Shown here: positions 8,503 to 19,297 of the stretch, piece by piece
Layout of the letters: each line of letters opens with the position of its first letter
Position numbering within the stretch: position 1 is the first letter of the stretch
Sequence record: DRR723986_9628
Strand: one strand, 5' to 3'
DNA: 64,000 nt
Notes under the pieces: model-generated
Databases searched by the model: none
Told to the model about the DNA's origin: nothing
Seen by the model: only the letters and a program-made list of their open reading frames with translations
Translations under genes and position numbers: made by a program

Positions 8503-10065
8503 ATGACGTGTTCTAGTCCTAAGTGTATTCTACTTCTTGTTTTGATTTTATTTGCAAGAAGCGGGGATTTACTTTTTTCACAGCAAGTAGCTCCTAATTT
8601 TCACTACCGAGTATCAATCGATGATCCGCAGAATCAGAAAATTCAGGTAAATCTGAATGTATGGGTGGGAGAGAATGACACAGTAACACTCAAAATGCCT
8701 AATTGGATGCCAGGCTATTATCAATTGATGAATTATTCTGAGGAGGTTTCCAATGTCATTGCAAAAGGGGAAGATGGTACTGAAATCCCGATTACCGAAC
8801 TCAATTCCAATACTTGGCAATTGAAGTCAGACAAAAATTCTGAGATTATGCTGAGCTATGAAGTGAAAGCGGATAAGAAGTTTGTTGCCAATAGTTTGGT
8901 TGATTCTACCCATGCGTATTTAATACCAGCAGGTTTGTTTATGTATTTGGAAGGAGAAATCAATAGACCAGTAAGCGTTACTGTTGATGTAGATCGATGG
9001 GCCGATGTAGCCACTGGACTCAAGCAAATTTCTGATGATAAAAGGACCTATTTCGCTGAAGATTTTGATGTTTTATATGACAGTCCATTCTTGATCGGGG
9101 AGTTGGAAGAGTTGCCATCATTCGAAGTTAAAGGAGTGAAACATAGGTTTATTGGCTATGAAATGGGTGAATTTGATCGAGTGGCGTTTATGCAAAATCT
9201 CAAAAAGGTGGTAGAATCGTCCGTGGAGATTATGCGTGACATACCTTTTGAGGAATATACTTTTATAGCAATAGGTCCAGGAAGAGGAGGTATTGAGCAT
9301 CTAAATAATACTACAGTCAGCTTCGATGGCAAGCAGATGGAGGATAAGGAAGGTGTGCTCAGAATGATGAATTTTCTCGCACACGAGTATTTTCATCATT
9401 ACAATGTTAAGCGTATCCGTCCTTTTGAATTGGGACCATTTGACTATGACAAAGGCACTAAGACAAACTTGCTGTGGGTGAGCGAAGGGCTATCTGTTTA
9501 CTATGAGTATTTGGTGACACTTAGAGGTGGATTGATGAGTGAAAAAGAGCTTTTCGAAAACCTGGAAAGTAATATCAATGAATTTGAAAATGATCCCGGA
9601 AAAGTTCATCAATCATTAGTGGAAGCAAGTTTTGCTACTTGGGGCGATGGACCTTTTGGCACGATGGCTAAGGGTCCCGACCGTTCTATTTCTTATTATG
9701 CGAAAGGACCTGTGGTGGGTATGCTGCTTGATTTCGCAATCAGAAATGCCTCTGAAAATAAGCTTTCTTTGGATGATGTCATGCGAAGACTTTACACCCA
9801 TTATTATCAAAATCTAGGCAGGGGATTTACAGATGCAGAGTTTCAGCAAACCTGTGAAGAAATGGCAGGAATTCCCTTGACTGAGATTTTTGAATATGTG
9901 TACACCACGAAGGAGCTGGATTACGATACTTTTTTAGGATATGCTGGCCTAGAAATTAAGGCAAATAAGACAGGAACTGTAGCATCTAAATTCACTATTT
10001 CCAGGATGAATAACCTTGATTCCCTGCAGAGTTCTATTCTAAATTCTTGGCTTGAAGGCAAATAG
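8503..10065 (+). CDS. M61 family metallopeptidase (glycyl aminopeptidase-like)
   Basis: MPNWMPGYY, GGIEH, HEYFHHYNVKRIRP, LWVSEG, SYYAKG motifs. Confidence 0.9.
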   Translation: MTCSSPKCILLLVLILFARSGDLLFSQQVAPNFHYRVSIDDPQNQKIQVNLNVWVGENDTVTLKMPNWMPGYYQLMNYSEEVSNVIAKGEDGTEIPITELNSNTWQLKSDKNSEIMLSYEVKADKKFVANSLVDSTHAYLIPAGLFMYLEGEINRPVSVTVDVDRWADVATGLKQISDDKRTYFAEDFDVLYDSPFLIGELEELPSFEVKGVKHRFIGYEMGEFDRVAFMQNLKKVVESSVEIMRDIPFEEYTFIAIGPGRGGIEHLNNTTVSFDGKQMEDKEGVLRMMNFLAHEYFHHYNVKRIRPFELGPFDYDKGTKTNLLWVSEGLSVYYEYLVTLRGGLMSEKELFENLESNINEFENDPGKVHQSLVEASFATWGDGPFGTMAKGPDRSISYYAKGPVVGMLLDFAIRNASENKLSLDDVMRRLYTHYYQNLGRGFTDAEFQQTCEEMAGIPLTEIFEYVYTTKELDYDTFLGYAGLEIKANKTGTVASKFTISRMNNLDSLQSSILNSWLEGK

Positions 10066-10110
10066 TAAGGTCGGGATTTCAACTTTTCTACTTCACTTAA
10101 AATGGCCCCT

Positions 10111-11256
10111 TTACGCTAATGGGTTTTTGATCTCAAGAATTTTATTTTTGATGGTCTTCATCAGATCTTTTGGATAAGTTCTGTTACCGATGTAGATGTC
10201 AGTCATGAAGTTGATGGCATAATCTCCATATTTTCTCAAGAGCATATTTCGGATGATCCGGTAGCTGTAGAACCATTTGGCTGCTGTTTGGGATGTTCTG
10301 ATCTCAGGAAGCATCTCTTTTTCCAGTTTTTGCTGGTAAATGCTGCCAGCCCTTTCTGGATTTAGCTCAGATTCTATAATTGCTTCAGCAGCTAATTGCC
10401 CACTCCAAAGCGCATTCGAGATTCCTTCTGCGGTCACTGGATCTGCGAAACCTGCAGCATCTCCAATCAGCAAGACATTTTTTCTATAAAAACCATCAGT
10501 TCTGGGAGTAATGGGGATCTGAAACCCATGTGCTTTTTCGCTGATGACTTCCTTAATCTCCAACAGATCCAGGTATTTTTTGTAATACGCTTTGAGATCA
10601 ATTCTCTTCCTTCGGGTAGAAGCAATGCCTAGAGAAAGGTGATTTTCCTTGGGAAAGCTCCAAGCGTATCCATGAGGAACACTATCCATATCAAAGCGCA
10701 CTTCCTTTGACAATCGCTCGAAATCTGCAGGACTTACTTCAACTTCGTATTCTAGCGCAGGGATAAGTTTACGGGTTTCTTCCCAGCCGGCGAGTTTGGC
10801 AGTAGGACTGAGCGCTCCATCTGCCGCAATTATCAGCCTAACCTGAATATCTCCTTGACTGGTGTGAAGGATGGGGTTTTCACCAAAAGTAATAGAAGTT
10901 AGCTTATGATTTTGCTTAAGAGTTGCCCCGGCTTCTTTCGCTTTTTCGATCAGGAAATTATCAAACTTGTCCCGCATCACCATGCTGATCACCGGAACGT
11001 CCCGCACTGTGGTAAGTACTTTTGATTCACCCGCCATGTAGACCTTCATTCGGTCGTATTCTCGGTCCACCACAGATGAAATATCAAAGGGTAATTTGCG
11101 TCTACCTCTGAAAACCAATCCTCCACCACAGGTTTTATACCTAGGTAAGGTTTCTTTCTCTAGGATAACTGTGGAAATACCTTTTTCGGCTAAATAATAG
11201 GCTGCCATAGCGCCCGATGGCCCACTGCCTATGACCGCAACCTGATAATCATTCAT
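10111..11256 (-). CDS. Geranylgeranyl reductase family FAD-dependent oxidoreductase
   Basis: GSGPSG, PRYKTCGGG, ADG, YAWSFPK, GDAAGFADPVTAEGI motifs; ATG at 11256 preferred. Confidence 0.88.
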   Translation of the reverse strand: MNDYQVAVIGSGPSGAMAAYYLAEKGISTVILEKETLPRYKTCGGGLVFRGRRKLPFDISSVVDREYDRMKVYMAGESKVLTTVRDVPVISMVMRDKFDNFLIEKAKEAGATLKQNHKLTSITFGENPILHTSQGDIQVRLIIAADGALSPTAKLAGWEETRKLIPALEYEVEVSPADFERLSKEVRFDMDSVPHGYAWSFPKENHLSLGIASTRRKRIDLKAYYKKYLDLLEIKEVISEKAHGFQIPITPRTDGFYRKNVLLIGDAAGFADPVTAEGISNALWSGQLAAEAIIESELNPERAGSIYQQKLEKEMLPEIRTSQTAAKWFYSYRIIRNMLLRKYGDYAINFMTDIYIGNRTYPKDLMKTIKNKILEIKNPLA

Positions 11257-11436
11257 GTGTGCAATTGAAATCAAAGTAAATTTTCAGCGTAAAGAAAACA
11301 GAAAATGAAAAGAAACCCCTGTTTTTTTTGCGTTAGTCTAGGCTCGGATACTTTTCACCTTTTACTTCTAACAAAACTTACCACCTTTTACGAACCAATC
11401 ACATTCTCACTAGTTGATGTATCTGCTCTTCGAGGG

Positions 11437-12279
11437 CTAGTTGCTTTTCTCCAGTTCTCTTTTGATAAATGCTACACTTAATGGGATTTGGGTGACGGAT
11501 CTGGAACTTTCATCCTCGATTGTTAAGTATTCGGTACCTTGTTTTTTAGCTTCCTTGATGATTCCGGCAATATCTATATCTCCTGTACCGAGAATTACAT
11601 TGGTTTCCACATCACCTTGACCATTTTTAGATCCAAGTGTTCCTTTTCTACGATCTTTGAGGTGTAGAATCGGGAATTTTCCAGGGTATTTTTTCATGAT
11701 TTTCAGTGGATCTCCACCGCCCATTTTTACCCAGTACACATCCATGTTAAAGGCAAAATTTTTGGCGTTTTCCAGCATGTAATTGAATCTGACCTTATTT
11801 CGATCCTTGGCAAATTCATATCCATGTGGGTGATAAAGGAAAGTGATTCCTTCTTTCTTCAATTCTGCACCTACGGCATTGAAAAGAGCAGTTGCAATTT
11901 TAATTTCCTCCATAGAAATAGGACCTTCCGCATGAGGAATCCAGTAGCAGATCGCATATTTTGCTCCGTATTTTTTCGCCTTGTCTAGTATAGGCTGTAA
12001 GTTTTTGGTGAGTTGGAGGTATTCTGCACCTACACCGATTACCCTGAGGTTATTATCGGCTAGTAGTTTTGAATATTCTGTATCCGTCATTCCATAAGTG
12101 CCACCGCCTTCGAGCGCAGAGATACCCCATTCAGCAATACGCTCATGGTATTTTACAGGGTCAATTTTCATTTCATTGCGCAAGGAATACAGCTGTAATG
12201 CTATTTCTTGCCCATGAGATTTGAAAAGGGGTAGTGCAACTAGTAGGGTGATTGAGATTACTTTTAAATAGTTATTCAT
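11437..12279 (-). CDS. Sugar phosphate isomerase/epimerase (xylose isomerase-like TIM barrel), exported
   Basis: LQLYSLR, YHPHGYEF, MDVYW, LHLKD, IEDE motifs. Confidence 0.85.
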   Translation of the reverse strand: MNNYLKVISITLLVALPLFKSHGQEIALQLYSLRNEMKIDPVKYHERIAEWGISALEGGGTYGMTDTEYSKLLADNNLRVIGVGAEYLQLTKNLQPILDKAKKYGAKYAICYWIPHAEGPISMEEIKIATALFNAVGAELKKEGITFLYHPHGYEFAKDRNKVRFNYMLENAKNFAFNMDVYWVKMGGGDPLKIMKKYPGKFPILHLKDRRKGTLGSKNGQGDVETNVILGTGDIDIAGIIKEAKKQGTEYLTIEDESSRSVTQIPLSVAFIKRELEKSN

Positions 12280-12365
12280 TTGTATTTAATTTAGTCTTGA
12301 CCTAAAATATATAATTTTATTTAGTTTCCGAGAGAATACTTAAATTGAAGCCTTAGCCTATACTC

Positions 12366-13409
12366 ATGAATTCCAATAGAAGAAAGTTTATTCAAAATAC
12401 CTCCCTGATAGGATTAGCAATGTCAATTTCTCCTTCATTTTCCTTTGCCAAAAGACCAGATGCAGTAATAGGTCACGGCGATTTTAAATATCAAGTAGAT
12501 GCCAAGTGGGGCATGCTCGATCCAGCCAAAGTACCGGTGAACAATTGCCATGAAATGGTGATGGATCGGAAAGGACGGATGATTATGGTCACTGATGAGC
12601 CTAAAAACAATGTGATTATTTATGACCAATCTGGAAAATTCATTAATGCTTGGACCCTAGGAATGGATCGGGCTCATGGCCTGACTTTGGTAGATGAGGG
12701 AGATGCAGAATACCTATGGATTTCTGATAATGCAGGAAGAGTAGTAAAAACTACGCTCGATGGCACCATTGTCACGGAAATAGCCCCACCTTTAAGCGAA
12801 GGGATTTATACTGAGAAAATGTCTTTTGTGCCTACAGAAACTACAGTTGCTCCGAACGGTGACTTGTATATAGCGGACGGCTATGGTTCTCAGTTTTTTC
12901 TACACTACGATAAAAATGGCAAGTTCATCCGCAAATTCGGTGGTAGCGGATCTGGGGACGCGCAATTTAGCACCGCACATGGTATTACAGTAGATCAGCG
13001 AGGAGGCAAGACGCCTACTTTACTTTGCACCTCCCGTGGACATAATTCCTTTAAACGATTCACCATGGATGGGGAGTATATGGAAACGATTTTCTTGCCT
13101 GGTGCTTTTGTTTGCAGACCTGTGATTCATGGGGACAATCTCTATGCTGGAGTTTGTTGGTCTAGGCTTCGATATTTGGAGCAAACACCTGATTCTGGTT
13201 TTGTGACTATCTTGGATAAAGACAATAAGGTCGTATCTAATCCAGGCGGAACAGCTCCTGAATACCGAAATGGTGAACTACAGCTTATGGTACAATCTGA
13301 AGCAATATTTAAGCATTGCCATGACGTATGTGTCGATCAGGACGAGAATATTTATGTATGTCAGTGGAATGCCGGAAAATCTTACCCAATAAAGTTGACA
13401 AGAGTGTGA
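12366..13409 (+). CDS. Tat-exported NHL-repeat six-bladed beta-propeller protein
   Basis: NRRKFI twin-arginine signal; AHG, YIADGYG and HCHDVCVD repeats. Confidence 0.8.
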   Translation: MNSNRRKFIQNTSLIGLAMSISPSFSFAKRPDAVIGHGDFKYQVDAKWGMLDPAKVPVNNCHEMVMDRKGRMIMVTDEPKNNVIIYDQSGKFINAWTLGMDRAHGLTLVDEGDAEYLWISDNAGRVVKTTLDGTIVTEIAPPLSEGIYTEKMSFVPTETTVAPNGDLYIADGYGSQFFLHYDKNGKFIRKFGGSGSGDAQFSTAHGITVDQRGGKTPTLLCTSRGHNSFKRFTMDGEYMETIFLPGAFVCRPVIHGDNLYAGVCWSRLRYLEQTPDSGFVTILDKDNKVVSNPGGTAPEYRNGELQLMVQSEAIFKHCHDVCVDQDENIYVCQWNAGKSYPIKLTRV

Positions 13410-13472
13410 TGGAAATCTGTCACCGAATTGATTTTCAGCCACGTTGTGATTAAAAATTAAATCTCCGAGACT

Positions 13473-13853
13473 ATGAAGAAAGTTACTGTAGGCTGGTTTG
13501 AAATCCCGGTTAATGATATGGATAGAGCGATATCTTTTTATCAAAAGGTATTTAGCTGCACGCTTCAAAAAATGGATATGGGTGATTTCAAAATGGCTAT
13601 GTTTCCAGGTGAAGGAGAGGCTTCTGGAGCTGGGGGAAGCTTAGTTTTGCATAAAGATTTTTACAAATCAAGTGAACTAGCCGGTCCCCTTATTTATTTT
13701 TCTTCTGAAGATGTGGCAATCGAATTGAAGAAAGTAGAAGAAGCTGGAGGTAAAGTACAGATCGAAAAAAGAATGATATCGCCGGAATATGGATATATGG
13801 GAGTTTTTTTGGACTCAGAAGGCAATCGTATCGCACTTCATTCCACTAGTTAA
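13473..13853 (+). CDS. VOC/glyoxalase family protein
   Basis: WFEIPVNDMDRAISFY...FLDSEGNRIALHS. Confidence 0.88.
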   Translation: MKKVTVGWFEIPVNDMDRAISFYQKVFSCTLQKMDMGDFKMAMFPGEGEASGAGGSLVLHKDFYKSSELAGPLIYFSSEDVAIELKKVEEAGGKVQIEKRMISPEYGYMGVFLDSEGNRIALHSTS

Positions 13854-13965
13854 TGACTGCCAAAGAAATCAGAAAGTTTGATAGTGAGGTTAATTTAGGA
13901 TTGACCAGTCTTTAACTAAGATAAAGTTTATTATTTTCGAGTCTATTTAGTTTATACCTATTTTT

Positions 13966-15273
13966 ATGCTGATTACAAAAGGATTATTGCTGACTGAGGA
14001 GAATGTCACCAATCTTGATTATATCCAGGAACAGATTGCAAAAATATTCGCCATAATAACTTTTTACCTGTTATTGATTTTAGGCGTCACAGATTTTTTA
14101 CTTGGCATGTCCCCCGTAATTTATCTCTCTAAAATCGCATTTTCACTTCCGTTCATTATTTCCTATTACTTAGTTTCAAAATACGGGAGGTCGCAGCTGA
14201 TCGTGAATATCCTGTTGATAATAGCCCATATAATCATTTGCATCAATTTTATATATAATGATGGGAATGACGGACCGACGATATACGCCTTTTTTTTAAT
14301 GCTTGTGGTATCCTCCCTCCTGATTCAGGGTTGGCTAAAAGTGGTTTGGTATTTAGGTTCACTTTCCATGTTTTTCATACTTTTTTATGGGGAGGTGAAA
14401 GGGTACATAATTGTAGAGAATTATTATCATGGAGTAGAGAATCAGTTTTTTGACCATACGCTTGCAATTTTGTGGATCAGTGCCTTTGTTTTTACCGTCA
14501 TACACTTTTTTATAAAAAGCTATTTGAATCAAAGTCATCTACTCCACCGGATCAAAGAGAGACAGGACAGTTCCCTAGAAGAAGTAAAAATGCTCAATGA
14601 TCAGAAAAATAGGCTGATTGCGTTGCTATCTCATGATTTGAAAAACCCCATTGGAATGCTTCATACTACACTAGGCCTAATAGAAAAGGATGCGTTTGAG
14701 CCTGGAGAAATGGAGCAAATCCTTTACAATTTGAAAGGGCAAACCTACCATCTGAATAAGGTGCTCAATAACACATTAAGTTGGGTGATGACAGAATTGG
14801 AAGATACGCCAATACAGCTTCATAAGATTAGTTTGAGTGAATTGACTCAAGAGATGATGGATATGATGGCAATGCAAGCCCAGGCGAAAAACCAACTTAT
14901 AGATTTTTCAATAGAAGGGGAGGATAGGAATATATCTTTGGAGATAAACGAGATTAAAATTATCCTAAAAAATTTGATGGATAACGCCATTAAATTCGCA
15001 CCTGTAGATTCCACTATTTACCTCAAACTTAGGATAAGTGAAGATAAAATAAGTTGGTTAGTGTGTAATCAGGGAGTTACGATTTCTGCAGCAGATCAAA
15101 AGAATTTATTTGTTTTCAGAGCTAGGACCTCATACGGTACCAAGAAAGAAAAAGGTACTGGAGTTGGCTTGCCGCTTTGCAAAAGAATTGCTGATAAAAT
15201 CAATTTTGAATTGAAGTATTCCAGCAGTAATGACTACAAGAATTGCTTCACTTTATCTAGAAAGCTTGCTTAG
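13966..15273 (+). CDS. Membrane sensor histidine kinase
   Basis: Several TM helices; SHDLKNP H-box, NLMDNAIKF N-box, GTGVGL G-box. Confidence 0.9.
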   Translation: MLITKGLLLTEENVTNLDYIQEQIAKIFAIITFYLLLILGVTDFLLGMSPVIYLSKIAFSLPFIISYYLVSKYGRSQLIVNILLIIAHIIICINFIYNDGNDGPTIYAFFLMLVVSSLLIQGWLKVVWYLGSLSMFFILFYGEVKGYIIVENYYHGVENQFFDHTLAILWISAFVFTVIHFFIKSYLNQSHLLHRIKERQDSSLEEVKMLNDQKNRLIALLSHDLKNPIGMLHTTLGLIEKDAFEPGEMEQILYNLKGQTYHLNKVLNNTLSWVMTELEDTPIQLHKISLSELTQEMMDMMAMQAQAKNQLIDFSIEGEDRNISLEINEIKIILKNLMDNAIKFAPVDSTIYLKLRISEDKISWLVCNQGVTISAADQKNLFVFRARTSYGTKKEKGTGVGLPLCKRIADKINFELKYSSSNDYKNCFTLSRKLA

Positions 15274-15830
15274 AGAATCACCACTCTAAGACTCATCGCA
15301 CCATGAGCACCAACTACAAGTGACTGTTCTATATCTGCTGTTTTCGATGGTCCTGCTATGAATATCCCGAAGCCTGAATTGGTCAATCCTATTCTAGTAT
15401 ATGCTTGGTGCATATTCCCAAGGATATTTTCTTTTTTGATCACAATCACTAAATGAGCTGTGATAAAAGGTAGAGCTCTAAGGTCTAAATTACTCTCATC
15501 CAGCCATATAGCTGCATTCTCAGCTGATGCGAATTGCCCTTCAATAATAGCCAGATCCAAGTCAGCAAAGTCGGCTGGATGTTGCGGTATTTGGCAATTG
15601 CTGTATTGCTCAAATGCAGGTGAAGCACTGTAAATTTTCAGAAATGTAGTTTCTTCAATCAATTTTTCAACCTCTTCCTTGGTCGCCACGGTTCCTTTAT
15701 TAGCATTTAGAGAATTGGTAAATGCTGCTAGGAGGTCATCGTCAATCTCAAAATCTGGAATATCTGGTAACGGTTTCTCTTCCAGTTTTAGTCCTTTTAT
15801 AGCTGCCAATATGGATTCTCTACTACTCAT
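15270..15830 (-). CDS. lutC: Lactate utilisation protein C (LUD domain)
   Basis: FIAGPSKTADIEQSLVVGAHG motif; operon with lutAB. Confidence 0.88.
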   Translation of the reverse strand: MSSRESILAAIKGLKLEEKPLPDIPDFEIDDDLLAAFTNSLNANKGTVATKEEVEKLIEETTFLKIYSASPAFEQYSNCQIPQHPADFADLDLAIIEGQFASAENAAIWLDESNLDLRALPFITAHLVIVIKKENILGNMHQAYTRIGLTNSGFGIFIAGPSKTADIEQSLVVGAHGAMSLRVVIL

Positions 15831-17185
15831 GATCTATTCTTTTTGTACCAAGCTTTAAATGATTCTTCAGGCAAATCAGGTAGATTTCTACCTTTTCCCC
15901 ATGCATTTAATGGATTGTAAATGATACTGTCAGGAAGGGATTTTAAGGAAGCTCTCATCATTTTCCCTGAAAGCCTATATGCAAGGGGGCTTTTGAATAT
16001 TCCATTTGCCAATTTCATAGATAGGCCTTTGAGGGAAGATCCTTGAGCTTTGGTGATCTCTTGACGCCACTCGTAGAGTTGCTCGTGAATGTTGATTTTC
16101 ACCGGACACACATCTGAGCAGCTTCCGCAAAGCGTGGAGGCAAAAGGTAAGGTACTGTATTTCTTAAGGTCGATTCCCGGTGAAAGGATAGATCCAATAG
16201 GTCCAGGAACGGTGCTTCCGTAACTAAATCCGCCACTTCGACGATAGATCGGGCAGGTATTCATGCATGCTCCGCAGCGTATGCATTTTAGTGAATTTCT
16301 GAATTTCTCCCTTCCAAGTTGTTTTGTCCTACCATTATTCACCAAAATCAAATGAAGTTCCTTTCCGGGAGAAGGGCTTCTAAAATGCGAGTTGTAATTG
16401 GTAATGGACTGACCAGTGGCAGATCTTGCCAAGAGTCTAAGGAAAACGCCAAGGTCTTTTCTGCGGGGGATTAGCTTCTCTATGCCCATGCAGGCAATGT
16501 GTGTATCTGCCAAGTGAACACCCATATCTGCGTTACCTTCATTGGTGCAAACGACAAACTCACCAGTCTCTGCAACTGCGAAATTAACCCCTGTGATGGC
16601 CACTTTGGCTTGGAGGAATTTTTCACGCAGGTGGAGTCGGGCAGCATGAGTCAGATATACTGGGTCCACATTTCCTTTTTCAGTATGCAGTTTTTCGTGA
16701 AAAATATCCGAGATATCGGACTTTTTCAAGTGAATAGCAGGCATTACGATATGACTTGGTGGCTGCTTGAGAAATTGGATAATACGCTCACCCAAGTCAG
16801 TATCTACCACCTCAATGCCTCTCTCCTCCAGGTAGGGATTCAAGTGACATTCCTCCGTTAGGATAGATTTACTCTTTACTATCGCCTTGCAATTTTTTTC
16901 TTTTAATATGCTCGCAACTATCTGATTATGTTCCTCAGCATTTTCTGCCCAGTGAACTTTTATCCCATTTGCGCTGGCATTTTTCTCCAGCTCTTCCAGA
17001 TAAAAATCAAGCTTGGAAAGTGTGTGATCTTTTATTTGAGAAGCTAGTTCCCGGAGTTTCTCCCATTCGGGAATTTGATGTATAGTTGCGTCACGTTTTT
17101 CACGTACTATCCAAAGTGTTTCATCATGCCATTTGGCACGCGCCTTATCTTTCAGAAAAACCGTGGCATTCTCTGGATGACTCAT
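15827..17185 (-). CDS. lutB: Lactate utilisation protein B (Fe-S)
   Basis: DTDLGERI, TNEGN, CIRCGACMNTCP, TLCGSCSDVCPV. Confidence 0.92.
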   Translation of the reverse strand: MSHPENATVFLKDKARAKWHDETLWIVREKRDATIHQIPEWEKLRELASQIKDHTLSKLDFYLEELEKNASANGIKVHWAENAEEHNQIVASILKEKNCKAIVKSKSILTEECHLNPYLEERGIEVVDTDLGERIIQFLKQPPSHIVMPAIHLKKSDISDIFHEKLHTEKGNVDPVYLTHAARLHLREKFLQAKVAITGVNFAVAETGEFVVCTNEGNADMGVHLADTHIACMGIEKLIPRRKDLGVFLRLLARSATGQSITNYNSHFRSPSPGKELHLILVNNGRTKQLGREKFRNSLKCIRCGACMNTCPIYRRSGGFSYGSTVPGPIGSILSPGIDLKKYSTLPFASTLCGSCSDVCPVKINIHEQLYEWRQEITKAQGSSLKGLSMKLANGIFKSPLAYRLSGKMMRASLKSLPDSIIYNPLNAWGKGRNLPDLPEESFKAWYKKNRS

Positions 17186-17940
17186 GAGATGGCTTGGTTT
17201 AGGATTTCTGCAAAATGCATAAGCTGAATCGGGTCCTGTTGCCGTGCCGCAATTCCCTTCATGTGCATGATACAGGACATATCTCCACCTACTATGATTT
17301 CTACTCCTTTGTCCATATGATCGGCAAGTCTATCCTTTCCCATTTGCACTGAGATGGCTTCTTCGCTTACTGCGAAAGTTCCTCCGAACCCACAGCATTC
17401 ATCTTTGCGGGTAAGTTCTACTACTTCCATTCCCTCCAGATCTCTCATCAGTTGCAGTGTTTTATTGAATTTAGGTTCATTTCTTTCAGAATCGCTGGCC
17501 AATCTTAATCCTCGAAGTCCATGACAGGAAGCATGAAAGCCAATCTTATGCGGAAAGCTACCTTTGATAGAATCCACTTTGAGAACATCAGTGATGAATT
17601 CACTTAGTTCATAGATGTTTGATTGTACGTGTTCCTGGTTTTTTTGAAGGTTATTAATCTTTGGTGAATGGTCTTTTACATGCAAAACACAGCTTCCTGA
17701 AGGAGCAACGATGTAATCGAATGCAGCAAAATCCCTGATAAATTTGGAGGTGGTGCCTTCTGTGTCAGCCTCAAAACCAGAGTTAGCCATGGGCTGTCCA
17801 CAACATGTTTGCCCTAAGGGGTAAGTTACTTTACAGCCTAATTTTTCCAATAATTCTAACGTCGCTATTGCGACATTGGGATAAAACTGATCAATGTAGC
17901 AAGGAATAAACAGGCCTATATGTGGTACGTTATTTTTCAT
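17182..17940 (-). CDS. lutA: Lactate utilisation protein A (CCG-domain Fe-S protein)
   Basis: QTCCGQP, PSGSC, CCGFGGTF. Confidence 0.9.
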   Translation of the reverse strand: MKNNVPHIGLFIPCYIDQFYPNVAIATLELLEKLGCKVTYPLGQTCCGQPMANSGFEADTEGTTSKFIRDFAAFDYIVAPSGSCVLHVKDHSPKINNLQKNQEHVQSNIYELSEFITDVLKVDSIKGSFPHKIGFHASCHGLRGLRLASDSERNEPKFNKTLQLMRDLEGMEVVELTRKDECCGFGGTFAVSEEAISVQMGKDRLADHMDKGVEIIVGGDMSCIMHMKGIAARQQDPIQLMHFAEILNQAIS

Positions 17941-17961
17941 TTGAAATGTAAATTAAGCCAT

Positions 17962-19287
17962 CTATTCCATTGAAACCAGCATAGCTGCACCTAATGCAGA
18001 TCCATTTGGGAAGTCACTTGGAATGATCTTTAATTCAGGTAGTTTAATCTGCAGCATCTCCACAAAAATATCGTTTGCATTGAAGCCTCCATCTATGAAT
18101 AGCCTATCAACAGGAGCATTGTCTGTGACTAATTTAATAGCCGCTGCTTGCAAATCTGTTAGTTCATGAATAAACGTATAATAGGCTTCATTGAACTCAG
18201 CGAATACAGACCAATCATTTTCTTTTGCTTGATCCAAACCATAATGCTTAGGTTTTAGGTATTGAAAATGAATTCGCTTAGCTGTATAGCCCTTTACTTT
18301 TTCAAAGAGGGTAGAATTAAATTTTAATTTTTTGTAAGTACCCAGTGGCATTTGAAAGTATTCATAGAGCTTTTCTACCTGATACTTATGCTCCTCACCT
18401 ATGAAAAGTCTTGATATTTTAATCGGTTCACCTTTGATGCTTAAAAACTGTAGGCAATCCCGCTTAAGCTCTTTTTTGGTGAGTTTAGTTTTGTTGAATG
18501 GATTGATACAAATAGCCCAAGTACCTGTTGAAAGCAGAGCAAATGGTTCTATTTCTTGCTTGATATATGGCAGCAATGCTGAAGAAGAGTCATGCACACC
18601 TATGCCACAGGGGATATTTCCAAGTTCAGGTTTAGTCTTCAGAAGCGTATTTCCAGGTACTATGGGAGGAAGTAACTTTCTGATTCCTTCCCGATCTACC
18701 CAGGCATGGTAATCGTTCGCTTCATAATCCCACAGCCCAGTATGGCACCCAATACTCGTGTAATCCGATACCATTTCTCTTGTAAATAAGAAACTTAAGT
18801 ATTGAGGGAAATGAAATGAATGTTTGATTCTTTTAAAGAATTCTGGTTTTTCGTGCTTGATGAAATACAGCTGTAAACCAGAGTTCAGCATGGCTAAGGG
18901 TGGTGAGGATGTAGCCCTGCAAAAGTTCATTTTCCCACCATTTTCTTCATAGAACTTTTTAAGAAGTTCATCTGGAAATGGCTTTAGGTAGTCATAAAGA
19001 GGAGTTGCGGGAATTCCTTTTTCATCGGTATGCACAAAGGAAGCTCCATGACAGGAGAAATTGAGTCGTTTGATCTGATATTCTTCTGATTTCAACGCGT
19101 GCTTAAAGGTCTTTAGCATCCACTCTTCAAGTGGTGCCAAGGGCTCACTAGGAAAATCATCTTCATCTGGAATTGCATCCAGACGAATATATGAACTGTG
19201 TACTTCGGTTAAATTTTCATCAAAAAGAAAAAACTTTTTATTAGTCTTGCCGATATCAAAAACAGCCGTTACTGGAATTTTACTCAT
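17962..19287 (-). CDS. FGGY-family sugar kinase, probable rhamnulokinase
   Basis: DIGKTNKK, GVHDSS, STGTW, DGGF motifs; rhamnose gene context. Confidence 0.8.
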   Translation of the reverse strand: MSKIPVTAVFDIGKTNKKFFLFDENLTEVHSSYIRLDAIPDEDDFPSEPLAPLEEWMLKTFKHALKSEEYQIKRLNFSCHGASFVHTDEKGIPATPLYDYLKPFPDELLKKFYEENGGKMNFCRATSSPPLAMLNSGLQLYFIKHEKPEFFKRIKHSFHFPQYLSFLFTREMVSDYTSIGCHTGLWDYEANDYHAWVDREGIRKLLPPIVPGNTLLKTKPELGNIPCGIGVHDSSSALLPYIKQEIEPFALLSTGTWAICINPFNKTKLTKKELKRDCLQFLSIKGEPIKISRLFIGEEHKYQVEKLYEYFQMPLGTYKKLKFNSTLFEKVKGYTAKRIHFQYLKPKHYGLDQAKENDWSVFAEFNEAYYTFIHELTDLQAAAIKLVTDNAPVDRLFIDGGFNANDIFVEMLQIKLPELKIIPSDFPNGSALGAAMLVSME

Positions 19288-19297
19288 AGCTACGCTT

